Positions 12,509-24,363 of a DNA stretch of 64,000 nucleotides are shown piece after piece; position 1 is the stretch's first letter, and every line of letters starts with the position of its first letter. The position numbers and the translations under genes were made by a program. Under the pieces are notes generated by a model that saw only the letters and a list, made by a program, of their open reading frames with translations, ran no database searches and was not told where the DNA came from. Origin of the DNA: Dissostichus eleginoides (taxonomy: Eukaryota); assembly GCA_031216635.1 (NCBI GenBank), contig CM062276.1, positions 7,427,185 through 7,491,184 of the forward strand, given 5' to 3'.

Positions 12509-12593
12509 GCGATCGATCGAAAGGTTAAGCAGAAGAGAAACCTTAGAAGATTTCCATAAAAAGGTGTTTTTTTTTTTTTGCTGGCAAGGAACG

Positions 12594-12645
<52 letters not shown>

Positions 12646-12676
12646 CTCTCCTCTCTCTCTCTTCTCTCTCCTCTCT

Positions 12677-12709
<33 letters not shown>

Positions 12710-12746
12710 CTCTCTCTCTCTTCTCTCTCTCTCTCTCTCTCTCTCT

Positions 12747-12843
<97 letters not shown>

Positions 12844-12893
12844 CTCCTCCTCTCTCTCCTCTCTCTTCTCCTCTCTCTCTCTCTCTCTCTCTA
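12594..12893 (+). repeat. About 300-bp compound (CT)n/(CTCTTCT)n polypyrimidine microsatellite in ERCC6L intron 1
   Basis: An uninterrupted pyrimidine strand for about 300 bp. Confidence 0.95.
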
Positions 12894-14753
12894 AAGTACT
12901 GAAAATAATGCTGATTTCACCCAGCCCATTGTAATGTATTCCCATTCTTGATACTTTTAAATCAAAAAGGTAGTTAGGTTCCCATTTACTCGCATATGAC
13001 AAAAGAAAAGCATCAAATTCAAACAACATTCGAAGCTGGAACCATCAAATGCTTGGAATTCTTGCTTAATAAAAGCTCACCCAAACATACTCACAATCTA
13101 ATTAGATAAATTACATTCAACTGATCAGTGTTTGACCTTGTTATTGTGTTTAAACTGTTACTTACATTGTGTTCCACTCTTACTCGGTTGCTGCTATAAT
13201 ACCTGAATTTCCCAACGGGGATCAATAAAGGTCTATCTTATTTTTATTGATTTCAATTATTTGCGTTAGGCTTAAGTACAGACACTCGATCGCTGAAGTT
13301 GACTGTCAAATAATTGTAATATCACTATTAAATGATTAAAATGATTTTAATCATTTTTGAGGTTGCTAATAGCTGTTTAGGTTAGTATTTACTAATTCAT
13401 TTTCTAAAAAGAACAACTTAGTCAATTCTTGTAATTAGCACAAGTCTTTATGATAAGGTTCAGGTGGACTTGCCTTTACCACATTTTCACACAAGTACCC
13501 TGATAACTGCTGGTCAATATATTTCACTACACACAAAGTGAGCTGTCAGAGGACACTTCAAATTTAGGCAGAACCAGTTATCCTTTGAGATGAAACAGGA
13601 TTTGTCAAATAAAAAGGAAGCTGTTAGACAACCTTTCCAATCGGCACTGACAATCTATGAAACTATCACCCTAGAGAAATGAGGAGGGGGTAACTTTATT
13701 GGTTAATCAAATAATAATTTCAATTTGAGCCTTAGTGCTAGGGTGGACAGTTGAAACTTAATTCATAAAGCTGTCCTAAGTCAACATTCAAATGGTGTGC
13801 AACTTTATTTTGAGGTATTCAATTTAAGCTTTACACGTGTGTTGTCATACTTTACGGCATCATTATATTTGTAAAAGATTGTGGCAAAAAACTGTTTTTG
13901 TAATTGTGGTTATATCATTGTAATTTATGATGCTGTTAGATCACTGCAAGACAGAAAATATATAATAATAATATTATTTTTGAAAGGCTCAACATAATTT
14001 TGGATTGAAGAAGAATATTAAGTTTGATTAAAAACCTCAGAATTGTAGTTAATGACTACTTTTGGATGTTCTTTGGACATTACCATGCTCTGGCAGTTGC
14101 TGGAATCTAAGTCTATTATATAGAAAATACAATTATTATTATCATACAAGTGTAGCCTTAGCCTATGTGTCCTACCTTGACTGAAATAAAGAGCGGTTCT
14201 GCTTATGTAATAATTTTTTTAAGTAACATGATATCAGACTAAAGGAGTTTTACGGAAACACCTCCACTATTCAATTTCCTTTTGAACCACTGTATTTATA
14301 ACAACTTTTAGAGCAACTATTAAATGTACAATTTAAATAAACTCAGGACGGTAAATATTTTAACAATGTGGCATGTATAAAGATCTGCATTATTTTTTTA
14401 CTTAGTGTTACCTTTGGTAGGTTTCCATCTTGTCTTCTGTATCCATGGACCTTTTGAGACAAAAACAGGGTTAGAAACACCGTCACATATCAGAATCAGA
14501 ATCAAGTTTATTGCCAGGTAGTTTTTCACATACTAGGAATTTGCTTTGGTATCTGGTGGTGCGAACATAAACAATCTAAAAAAATAAGTTGCAAAGAAGG
14601 TAGAAAAAAAGAAATATATAAGGATAATAAAAAATAAGTATTTTAAAGAAACAATTTAGCATTAAAAAGGGATGCTAAAGACAAGTATTTACACCAAATG
14701 TAAATGTAACTATACAAATAACCTTAAAGCTAAAAAACAAAAACACCTAGGAC

Positions 14754-15619
14754 TAGTGATGTGTCGGTCGCGAACGAGCCGATTCTTTTGAACGGCTCTT
14801 TGGTACGAACGAGGGGAACCGAGTCGTACTTGGTGAGAGCCGTTCTTGTTATCGCTCAATCGTTGGTCCGCACTCACTGCCTGCCAAAATCCACTCGCCT
14901 TTTAAAAAGCTTGATTTTGTTCCCCAAACGTATTCTGTGAAGACCCCCCCCCCCTACTCTGATTGGTAGGTTTCAGCACGAGGAGTGAGATGGGGTGGGT
15001 CTTAACGGAATACGCGCGAGAGAGAATTCATAACACGTGGTACAGGACAGGTAGACGACGTGTTTTTCGGATGGAAAATGAGCCAAACGCGAAAACGCAG
15101 CAGCCTTTGGAGGCACTTCAACCAAAACCCAGGCAGTGATAAAGCGCACCATTTGTAAAGGCTAAATATCCTTTAAAGCAGGGTCAACAAATAATCTCCA
15201 TCGCCACTTAAAAACACAGTATTGTAGTGCCGTCCGTGTAGCAACCTATCCCACAGGTGAATTATGTTCCACTAGGTGTCACCACAGTATCTAATATTAA
15301 GAGTTGCGTGAATTTCATTCAAGGCAAGGCCACTTTATTTACTTAACACATACAGAGGGTAAATTCAAAGTAGTACATTCACTGACATGAATGACATGGA
15401 TATGGCGCCACCTTGTGTCATGTTTACAATGCAGATTATTGACATTAGGTCTGGCAATACAGTCAATCATTATCCTGGTGATTATTTCGCAGATAAACCT
15501 AGTAACCCCGCCCCCCTTAAAAAAAACGGCTCTTTTGAACAGCTCTTTTGAACGGCTCTTTGAAAGGAACGGAGCCATAAGATCCGGCTCCCTTCAAAGA
15601 GCCATAATTCCCATCACTA
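14754..15619 (+). mobile_element. TIR DNA-transposon family C (termini TAGTGATG...CATCACTA; subterminal GAACGGCTCTTTG repeats), copy C1 with 8-bp TSD CCTAGGAC/CTTAGGAC
   Basis: 866 bp. Inverted termini with internal subterminal repeats. hAT-like TSD length. In ERCC6L intron 1. Confidence 0.75.
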
Positions 15620-16460
15620 CTTAGGACAATGAGTATATATGGCAAACTACAGTGTATTATATTTTAAAGAATACTGTTGACACACCTGTAATTTATATAT
15701 AATTATCACATGTATATACAGGGTTTCCCACAAAGACTTTACTTGGGCGGGCCGCCCAGGTATATTAACGGCCGCCAAAGTCTGCCTCACACAGGGTGAC
15801 AGGCTGTCAACATGATGTGGCCTGCCGACATGGCCACTGTCATACAGATCATAAATCAAAGCCCTTAGGCGCTTTCACACCGGAGTACTTTTCCCCGTAC
15901 TTTTCCCGTTTAGTTCCTGGGATTTTGCGTTCACACCAAAAAGAGAACTTGGTTCATGAGAACTTTTACCCCCTTTTTAGTGCCTGCTAGCGAGGTGGTA
16001 CTTTCCTGGGGAGAAAAAAGTTCCAATTTCTGATTGGCTGGGCGAATTGCAAACCATGCCCGTAAAACTCGGAAAAGTTTTGTGAAGCCGCCATTGTATT
16101 TGCTGACATTAGCATTATTAGCATTAGCCCCGCGCACCAACGGAGAGAGAATAACTTATGGCAACACAAAAAAAACATGGGAGGTGGAGTGATACGAAAA
16201 AAATTAACATAAAAGTGGCTAGACTTTGAGTAATGTTAACCTGTGGGGCGTTAGCACTGATGCTAAGTATGCCATCCGGGACACCGACGTTAACTTTACT
16301 CACTTTTCTAGTTTCTTGGAAATCTCCTCAAATTCGCCGTTGTGTTGAGTTATCTATCCTGTGTGTTAGTTTTTCCACGAATAACAAACACAATTCGGGA
16401 ATTTTTCGGTAGAAGAACCGCACAACACACCGATAGCTGCTGCTGCTGAGAGGAGTTAAC

Positions 16461-16495
16461 CTCCCCGCCAAATAGTGACTCTGAAGGAACTTCAT
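16461..16495 (-). CDS. ercc6l: candidate ERCC6L exon 1 (MKFLQSHYLAG, phase 2 donor AG|GTTAAC) joining exon 2 to give ...HYLAGRFIQEGKD
   Basis: ATG followed by 11 codons and a GT donor. The phase completes the AGA codon at the exon-2 acceptor. HYL-R aligns with human PICH ...AAHYLRYVKEAKE. The assignment rests on this short alignment plus phase fit only. Confidence 0.4.
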
Positions 16496-17822
16496 CTTCT
16501 TCTTCTTCTTTGTTTAATGGCGAGTCGCAACCACTTGGAGCATTATCGCCACCTACTGTTGATTTATTGAATCTTCAAGTTAAATCTTTGTCCTCAGACC
16601 AGTGTTTTTGAGAAACTTGAAGATCAGTTTGTGAACTTCATTTCTTGAGTTACTTGCAAATATTGACTTGAAATTCATGTCCTTAATGTTATGTTGTTCC
16701 ATTGCAGTTTTCAGAATGAGTCTTTGCCTTGTATATTCCGGGCAGCTAAAAAATACATGATTTATTGTCTCTGATTGTTGGCAACCATCACAATTGCCAG
16801 TTGAATGTTTTCCAATCAGATGCAGTGATGAGTTTAATCCGGAGTGACCAAATGTATCCTTCTGATAATGTTCTGTTCTCTTCTATTACTCCCCCAAGTG
16901 CTTTCCATTCCTACTTCTCTTTGTATCTGGTATAAATGTCTTCCTTTAGTGTTACTTTCCCATAACTTTTGCCATTGTTGCTTGATAATAACTTTCGTAA
17001 ATTATTTTACTTCTGCCCTACTGATAGGTAGGCTACTGTTAATTCAATCTAATTGGCTTTCAATCCATTTTTTGCCAGTTGATCCACTACCTCATTACCT
17101 CTAATACCCACATGCGCAGGAATCCACACAAACTGAACAACAATTCCCAAATGTACTACTAGACCAAACTAAGTTTAACAATAGTTGCAATTTGACTGGA
17201 AAACAATACAGAAGTTAAGTAAAACAGTAACCGTCTGTACACACAAACTGAAAGATTGACAATAAAGTTGACTTTGAATTGACTTTGAACTTCCTAGTTT
17301 ATCTGCTTGACATAAGTCATCCCATGAAACTAATGTTTGCATCACTTCCCTTTTTCTTTGACTGAACTTCTGTGTTTGACCCAAATTTTCCTCCAGCATG
17401 TCCGATACAACAGACCCCTCACATCCAGATACACACAGGTCTCTCAACAGGAATAAAATCCAACCTAATTTCTCAACTGTCTTTTTGAATGATAAATAAA
17501 GCAGGTCAAGCTCTTCTCTGTTTCTTTCTGATGCTGGCCATGCTGCTTCTTGTTTCTGACCTCTATCTACTTTCTTGCGTTGGCTCCCGCTAACAGCAAA
17601 CAAGGATACTTTTAACTTTACTGCAGGTGGTCAAAACATTAACTGCTGATCAAACAGCTCCACAACTTAATGAGTAAATGATATACAATAGATGTTAGCA
17701 GAAAGTACTTCCCATTTCCCACTTCAGCTGCTGAGCAGAATTGATCCTTTTTGACTAATGTTTGCATCAGTTTCCTTTTTCTTTGACTGAACTTCTGTGT
17801 TTGACCCACATTTTCCTCCAGC
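16496..17822. promoter_or_regulatory. Putative bidirectional promoter interval between ERCC6L exon 1 (minus) and the TMBIM gene start (plus)
   Basis: Head-to-head gene arrangement only. No motif evidence beyond the gene orientation. Confidence 0.3.
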
Positions 17823-17890
17823 ATGTCCGATACAACAGACCTCCTCACATCCAGAGAAACACAGCAGGCTCCTGGTGATGATGCATCCTC
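17325..17890 (+). repeat. Local tandem duplication of the TMBIM 5' UTR and start region (copy a 17325-17460 degenerate, copy b 17752-17890 contains the real ATG)
   Basis: About 130 bp at 95% identity, including ...TTTGACCCA(A/C)ATTTTCCTCCAGCATGTCCGATACAACAGAC.... Copy a reads MSDTTDPSHPDTH... and terminates early. Confidence 0.75.
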
Positions 17891-18086
17891 TCTACCAACG
17901 CCCTACCAAGGAGAGCAACCTCCACCCTACTCTGCAGCCAAAACAGACACAACTTGGACAAAACAGTCTAGCACTGGGTACGAGTCTTTCCGGGACATCA
18001 TCCCAGAACGTCTGTCGGACACAACTCCACTGATCGCCTCGTCTTCTTTCGATGACAAGATAGTGAGGAGAGCGTTTGTTAGAAAG
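17823..18086 (+). CDS. TMBIM/Lifeguard-family protein (FAIM2/GRINA/TMBIM1-like), exon 1: Pro-rich N-terminus with PPPY motif, ending ...FDDKIVRRAFVRK
   Basis: ATG at 17823, 88 codons, donor AAG|GTTTGT. RRAFVRKV matches the conserved RRxFIRKVY motif of FAIM2/GRINA. Confidence 0.8.
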
Positions 18087-18330
18087 GTTTGTCCGATTCA
18101 GAGTTTAAACTTTTCGCTACTATTTTTTATTTGTATTTGTTTTATTTTACCTTTATTTAACCAGGATAGGTCTCATTGAGATTACACATTTCTATTTTTC
18201 AAGAGAGTCCTGGCCCAAGAATGGTAACAGCACAGTTACAGACAATTTTAAAACACACAATCACAACACAGTCATACACCAAGTTTAGCCAAAGCATTTA
18301 CAGCCACAGCGGCTTCAAGGTCAGTTATGG

Positions 18331-19047
18331 CGCATTTCCACTACAGCGCGGAGCGCGGTTTAAGCGTGCCGTGCCCGGCCCGTTTTTGGTTGCGTTTCCA
18401 CTAGGCGTAGTTCCGGCTAGCGGGTACTTTTTCACAGTTTTCTGGCTCTCCAAAATCGAGGTTCTTTCCGGGCCAACAACCGGGCTGAGTATGCTAAACT
18501 AGTGAGAGAATCGCTGGCAACTACAACAAAATGAACATATTTGACCGTGATTTAATTGTAATACACGTTTCTAAATGATGCCGAAGTAACAACATACTGA
18601 TACCGGTTAGTAAAAACCATGAATTAATGCTGCAGACAGACGGCAGGCGAAAAACCTTTTAAAATGCGTGTTTTCTGAATGGAGATTGGCTAAGCTAACG
18701 CAGTATATGCTCCGACCGTCCACACTCACAACAACGGCCTACAGACATAAATAAACCAGCGACTGTATACGCCATGACACAGACAGTCTGTGGTTTGTAC
18801 TTGTTTAACTTTTGTCTAGTTTCTGAACAGATATGAGGAGCTGTGAGCTCTGAGGGCTAACAGCTAACGGCTGTTGGTTTTGTGTTTCGCATTGAAGATG
18901 ACGTCACGGCTCCGCCTACACTGCGTTACTATAGTTACTACCCTAGTTCCTAAACTGTAATGGAAACGCAGCATAAAGTGAGCCTGGCCTACCAAGGCCT
19001 AACTATACCGTACTAAGCCGTGCGAGGCCCTGCAGTGGAAATGTGCC
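18331..19047 (+). mobile_element. Related TIR repeat (GCGCATTTCCACTACAGCGCGG ... CCCTGCAGTGGAAATGTGCC) sharing terminal and internal blocks with 37103-37706
   Basis: Shared CATTTCCACTACAG termini and the block TACACTGCGTTACTATAGTTACTAC...CTGTAATGGAAACGCAGC. Confidence 0.5.
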
Positions 19048-19184
19048 ATTAGAGTCGCTTTTAGTCTGTTTAATGAGACCAGCTCTCTGAGTTTCAGCTC
19101 AATTTGAAGATGGTTCCAAGCTTCAGGAGCAGCGTAACGGAACGCCCTCTTCCCCAGTTCAGTACGGACTAAGATAAGAAGTAC

Positions 19185-19460
19185 TTTATTGATACCAATT
19201 TGGGACATTTTTGCGTTGCAGCAGCATGACAAGACAAGGCATTCTACATTAGAGAAATTAAAACCCAAGAAATAAACAATCCAAAATGTAAACATCTCAA
19301 ATAGAAATGAAATAGAATTAGAAAAGTAGAACATATACATGTTGAAATACAAATTTACAGTAACAACATTTAAAGCAGGATATTATATATACATTAAGAT
19401 TGTACGGAATGGAATATTAAATGTTAAATTGAATGTAAATGTGAAATGTACAGTTTGATT
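19185..19460 (+). repeat. Interspersed repeat family H (copy 2, uninterrupted) in TMBIM intron 1
   Basis: About 85% identity to 2745-2835 plus 3682-3900. Confidence 0.55.
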
Positions 19461-19966
19461 TGAAGTCTCACGGCGTTGCAGTGACTGATGGCAAATGACT
19501 CTTTGAGACAAGTGTTTGTTTTGATTTGTGAACAGTATTTGGGGTGTTACTTATCCTTCACCAGATGTTTCCCAACCTCGTGTTGAGACCCTCTATATGG
19601 GTCGCAAGATACATTTCAGGGTTAGAAAACGTATTAACAGGAAGACAAAAGCCGATTTTTTGGGTACATTTAAAGATAAATGTCCCGGGGGGCAAATAAC
19701 TTTTGTCCTTGGGCTGAGGCACAAAATTGTTCTTCAAAGGGATAGTATCTTATAATCAAACAAATTAAACTATTTTGATACACAAATACATTGTCTAAAT
19801 CAATAATAATAAAAAATTAGACGCATACTAGCTAAAAATGTTTTAATAAATCTTATCGAACTCGAAAAATGTAACTATTTTCTTAATATGATTACTCTAT
19901 ATTGTAACAGTCGGTGTTTATCTGGAAATATAGATTTATCGCTTCCTCAATAAATTCACCAGTAAC

Positions 19967-20540
19967 CAGAGGTGGGAAGTATTGGAGTACAAATACTTCT
20001 TTACTGTACTTAAGTACATGTTTCTGGTATCAGTACTTTACTCCACTACTTATTTTCCTGACGACTTTTTACTTTGACTTCTTACATTTTAACACAAATA
20101 CCTGAACTTTCTACTTCTTACATTTTCAAAACAGGCTGGTTCCTTTAGTTTGAATGTGTGTTTGGTGGTGATCATTATTATTTAGAGTCATTGCGTGCCT
20201 ATTGATTTGAACACGATCCGTGTATCCATCATTTCCTGGTCTTCTCTAAAGAAGAGGGACCAATGAAAACGTTGTCATGTTGCCGTTGTTCAGCATGGAA
20301 ACATTCATTAGCTAACAATGACATTATTGTTCTATTAATATAAAGGGAGGTCAGGTACTCTTTAAAACAGCTGCTAGTTATGGGTACTTTTTACTTAAGT
20401 ACATTTCAAAGCCCATACTTATTTACTTCTACTTGGGTAAAGAAGTTTAGTCAGTACTTCTACTTTTACCAGAGTATTTTTAAACACAAGTATCTGTACT
20501 TCTACTTGAGTAAAGCATGTGTGTACTTTTGCCATCTCTG
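19967..20540 (+). mobile_element. hAT-like MITE family B (TIR CAGAGGTGGGAAGTA...TTGCCATCTCTG), copy B1, TSD CCAGTAAC/CTAGTAAC
   Basis: About 575 bp, terminal inverted repeats and an 8-bp TSD. In TMBIM intron 1, ending 46 bp before exon 2. Confidence 0.8.
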
Positions 20541-20585
20541 CTAGTAACCGATAGCAACATGCTTGTTCTTTGTCTTCCCCTGCAG

Positions 20586-20784
20586 GTGTTCAGCATCCTG
20601 ACCCTCCAGCTGTTGTTCACCTTCAGTGTGGTGTGTGTTCACCTTCTCCAGCGTGGTGAAAGATGCGGTGCAGACCAGCCTGGGGGCCTACCTCAGCTCC
20701 ATCATCATCTTCCTCGTGGTCTCCCTCGCCCTCAGCTACAGCAGAGACTTCAGCCGTCGTCACCCCTGGAACATCTTGGGACTG
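20586..20784 (+). CDS. TMBIM-family exon 2 (TM1-TM2: VFSILTLQLLFTFSVV ... RRHPWNILGL); 199 nt, with a frameshift at a (TG)n run
   Basis: Acceptor tgcag|GTG and donor CTG|GTGGGT. Both halves match FAIM2 (LLVTLAVVALFTF / RRHFPWNLILL) but in different frames. One extra TG at 20626-20638 would restore the frame. Confidence 0.75.
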
Positions 20785-22394
20785 GTGGGTCACACGTACA
20801 GGAGCATAAACCCCCAAATATCTACTGTTGTGGGGAAACACAGTTCACACAATAAAGAGAGTGTCACAGATATTTTAAATCTGAAATGATAAAATAACTA
20901 ACGGCTTTGCAGTATAAAAGAAGGAATAGTTTGCCATGCAACTGAGGTCACAGAGTAGCATCCTAAAAAGTAAAATATTTTGAAGGTAAGGTAAGGTACG
21001 TTTATTTATATAGCACATTTTCAGACACAGAGGCAATTCAAAGTGCTTTACATCATCATTAACACTTAAATAAGACAACAGAAAGGAATACAATAAATAA
21101 ACATAATGGAATTAGATTCATAAAAAACATGCATAAAAGATACAGAATAGTTTAAAAACAACATTTTAAATACGGTAGGTGCTAAAAACAAGTTAAAAGG
21201 TTAAGGGTATATGTCTAAAAGCTACATATAAAATATATCCCAGTACAGTAAATACATTAAAGAATTAGTATAGATAAAACATTTTGCAAACATTTGTAGT
21301 TCCTGCTTGGTTTTCTGCACCATTTAGACCTAGTTTTAAATTTAACTAAGAACTTAGAATCTAGTACATTTTTGATTTAGTCTAAAATGTAAGTTGCCTT
21401 TGAATTTGTGTTCACGTGCCATTTGATTGTGACTGTTGAGGTTTTGTTAGCTTTTTAATTAAGGAGAGACTCCAACTGTTTTGGGAATTTCCTGCACTAC
21501 TTGAACCAATATGTTTTTATGTCATTTTCCCTTTATGTCTTAATTAAATTGTATGTTGCTGTTGGAGGATATCTAAATTACACATATCTAGTAAAAGAAC
21601 CGTACATTTTTATGTATTGAAATGTTCTTCCTCTACCAAAAATGGTCACTACCGAAACATAGTACATACACGGTAGTAAAAAAGTGTTATATTAACCTGT
21701 TAAGATTGTTTTACCTTCCCTTCTCAAAATAGTATTCTAACAAATATTTCTTGAGGGTTTTCACAATTAAATTAATAAAAGTGAATTTTTAATAAAATGT
21801 CAAAGTTCAATTTATACAATTCATAAAAATCATAATGCAAACTTTCTTTGTAAAATGCATAATACTGATCATATTGATTCCAGAGTTGATGATTGTTGAA
21901 ATTGAACATACATTAAACCAATCAGTATCATATCATTTTAGTTGATAACTCAAGATACTTTATTTTTTACAAAACATCCAGAGTTTCGGTAGACCACAGT
22001 ATTTTGTTCTCAAGGTTGTATCATATTCCCTCAACCTTATTGCTTAAAAAGACCCACTGAAGTGTGCGACGGTGCATGATCTTTTATGCTAATACGTATA
22101 GTAATGACCAAAATTGTCCATTGGAACCCATATCAAAGATGTTGGAATAGCAACGAATTTGACGAGTTTGAATTTTCCGCTGGGAAATTCGCAGTCGACC
22201 TCCGCCTTCGTGGGCGTGGCTTGCGATCTACTGCGTGACGTCAGAAGATGGGCCAAGTCGAAGTGTTTACATTCACCACCATTCATTTTGTCTCTATTTC
22301 AAAGTCGAATTTACCAACGTTTTTGAGCGAGTATTTGATTGGAAAGTGTTTCGCAGTCGACTGGAAGTGATTGCCAATCGAGAAAAGCTGACAA

Positions 22395-22511
22395 TGGAGG
22401 CGACAGTGACGAAAAAGGGAGGAAAAACACACGGGAAGCGATGCATTGCCGCTGGCTGTGGTAATGTGAAGTCTGCCGAAGTGGCGATGTTTCTGTTCCC
22501 AAAAGATGAAG
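22395..22511 (+). CDS. THAP-domain-encoding exon fragment (MEATVTKKGGKTHGKRCIAAGCGNVKSAEVAMFLFPKDE, donor G|GTGAGT)
   Basis: The C-x2-C ... F-x-FP pattern of a THAP zinc finger N-terminal half. A good donor follows. Confidence 0.4.
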
Positions 22512-22600
22512 GTGAGTGGCTGGTGTCATTGTTTCGTAGATTCGTAGATTGTTTATGAAAAATAAACGCCACTGTGTTTGTGTTAACTAACAAGACTATC

Positions 22601-22870
22601 ATGGCGGCGGCAGAGCTCAAGTCGAGTTTCTCCGCCTGGAGATATTCTCACTATTTCACTTTTGTCGAGCACAAAGAAAAGAAGGTTTTAGTTAAATGTA
22701 AGTTGTGTCTTGGCGGGTCAAAGATCCTATCGACTGCCCAAAACAGCAATTAAAATCTGTTGAAACATCTGCAGAAAAAACATGCTGGGACGAAGCTAGT
22801 AGCGAAGCTAGTAGCTAAGACCACAGACCCAGACTCATCCGACGCCATTCCACCTCCACCTAAGCAACAG
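22601..22870 (+). pseudogene. BED zinc-finger (hAT transposase N-terminal type) fragment with an in-frame TAA (22751-22753)
   Basis: MAAAELKSSFSAWRYSHYFTFVEHKEKKVLVKCKLCLGGSKILSTAQNSN*NLLKHLQKKH fits the BED pattern W..F......C..C....S.SNL..HL..H. Interrupted by a stop. Confidence 0.45.
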
Positions 22871-24363
22871 CGGCTGGATTGGCACTTTGAAACATATCTT
22901 TGTGTTTGTGTTTGTATAGACCACATTGCTTAGCAGAGTTCAGTGATGCAAATGCATGTCAAGTTGATCAACAGGTTGTATTATTCTCCGATGCAATAAC
23001 AGTACTGAAATGAAGGCTACAGTATAAGGGCATTAATGGGTGCCCTTTTCTAAGTAACTAAGAAGTTACTTTTCACAGTAACGCATTACTTTTTGGTGTA
23101 AGTAGTGAAGTAACTAGTAATTGTAACTACTTACTGGTTTTCAGTAACTAGCACAACACTGCATGTGAACATGAATGTTGCATCATGCTATGAACAGATG
23201 AATGTATGATCAGGTGACGGCCAATCCTGTGTGTAGATCTACTCTAGATCTATGACAAAATATTGTCCTCAACTAAATTGACTTCCATGGCCACTTTCCT
23301 CATCTATCCTGTCCGAAAAGCTGTCAAAATCACTCATTTCTCTCGCACCAGTATCACTTTCCGAAGGCTCCGCCATGTTTACAATCACAACTGGGCCCAT
23401 CTTGTGACGTCACAGCCGCTATCGTCTGCAGCAGCGGTAGGCTCAGACTCTGAAAAATTTGCGATGTTTATCTCGTCCCTCGCACTTCCTAAAAAATTAT
23501 TTTAGCCATGAACAGGTACAATTATATGTAAGAAATGAAACTGCCATTTCACTTTGGCGCAAAAAAATGCACTTCACTGGCACTTTAATCTTAACTCATA
23601 ACATGCCTTATGTTGAAGTGTGAATGTTTGAAGCTACTGACCCAGAATCAGCACTTTAGTAACAGGCTGAAATAGAGGGGAATGAGGCTAGAATGGGCGA
23701 TCTGTTTGGTATTTTGAGCAAAACACTTCATAGACATGTTTTTTATATATCTGAGACCTATAATATATGCCTACAAATAGTATAATAGGAGACCTTTAAA
23801 GGGCCCATGTCATGGCCATTTCCACTGATCATAATTCCATTGTTGAGGTATACTAAAATAGATTTATACTGTGCATTTTTCCAAACTCACATTGGTTTCG
23901 CATACAGCATCTCTGTAAAGTAAGTGTATTCAGCAGTATTCACTCTCTCCACTAAACGGCCCGTTGCAGCTCTTGCCCCCCCTCCCTGTGAGCACAGTGT
24001 GCTCTGATTGGTCGGGACGTTGTGAATCGCGCTGAGCTCCGTGGAGGTGTGGTTTCCTTGTTTAGCGATACACAGCGAAACACAGCCAAACTCATCCTGA
24101 GCACACACAAACTCACAGCCGAAGTAAAAACAATAAGTGTGGCTTGATATTGAGTAAGAAAAAGGTTGATAAACGCTGTGAGAATGGGTCTGCAGAGAGA
24201 ATTTCGCCGCGATCCCAACTGTCTGTTATCAGCCTGCAGCCAGGGATGAGAAATCAGCAGAGCTGCCTGCACTGAGTGTGTGTGTGAGGAAGTCCGTGGA
24301 TTGGTCAATTTGGACCAATCAGCAGAGGCTTAACGTAACGGCTCCGCGGACGTAACGTAACGG

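Larger units (their letters stand above)
22222..23420 (+). mobile_element. Putative degenerate transposon bounded by inverted repeats GGCCCATCTT(C/G)TGACGTCAC, containing the THAP exon and the BED-finger fragment
   Basis: 22222-22245 is the reverse complement of 23394-23417 with one mismatch. THAP and BED are both transposase-associated domains. Confidence 0.4.

Noticed and set aside
12367-13029. A 220-aa ORF rich in RE/ER repeats, plus overlapping ORFs of Leu-Ser repeats.
   Set aside because: They are products of the 300-bp (CT)n/(GA)n tract read in different frames. These are low-complexity artefacts.
15700-16460. A CpG-containing stretch with several 60-70-aa ORFs that looked like a possible CpG-island gene.
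   Set aside because: No splice-bounded exon or homology was found. Given the exon-1 candidate at 16461-16495 it is most simply ERCC6L intron 1 or promoter-proximal sequence.
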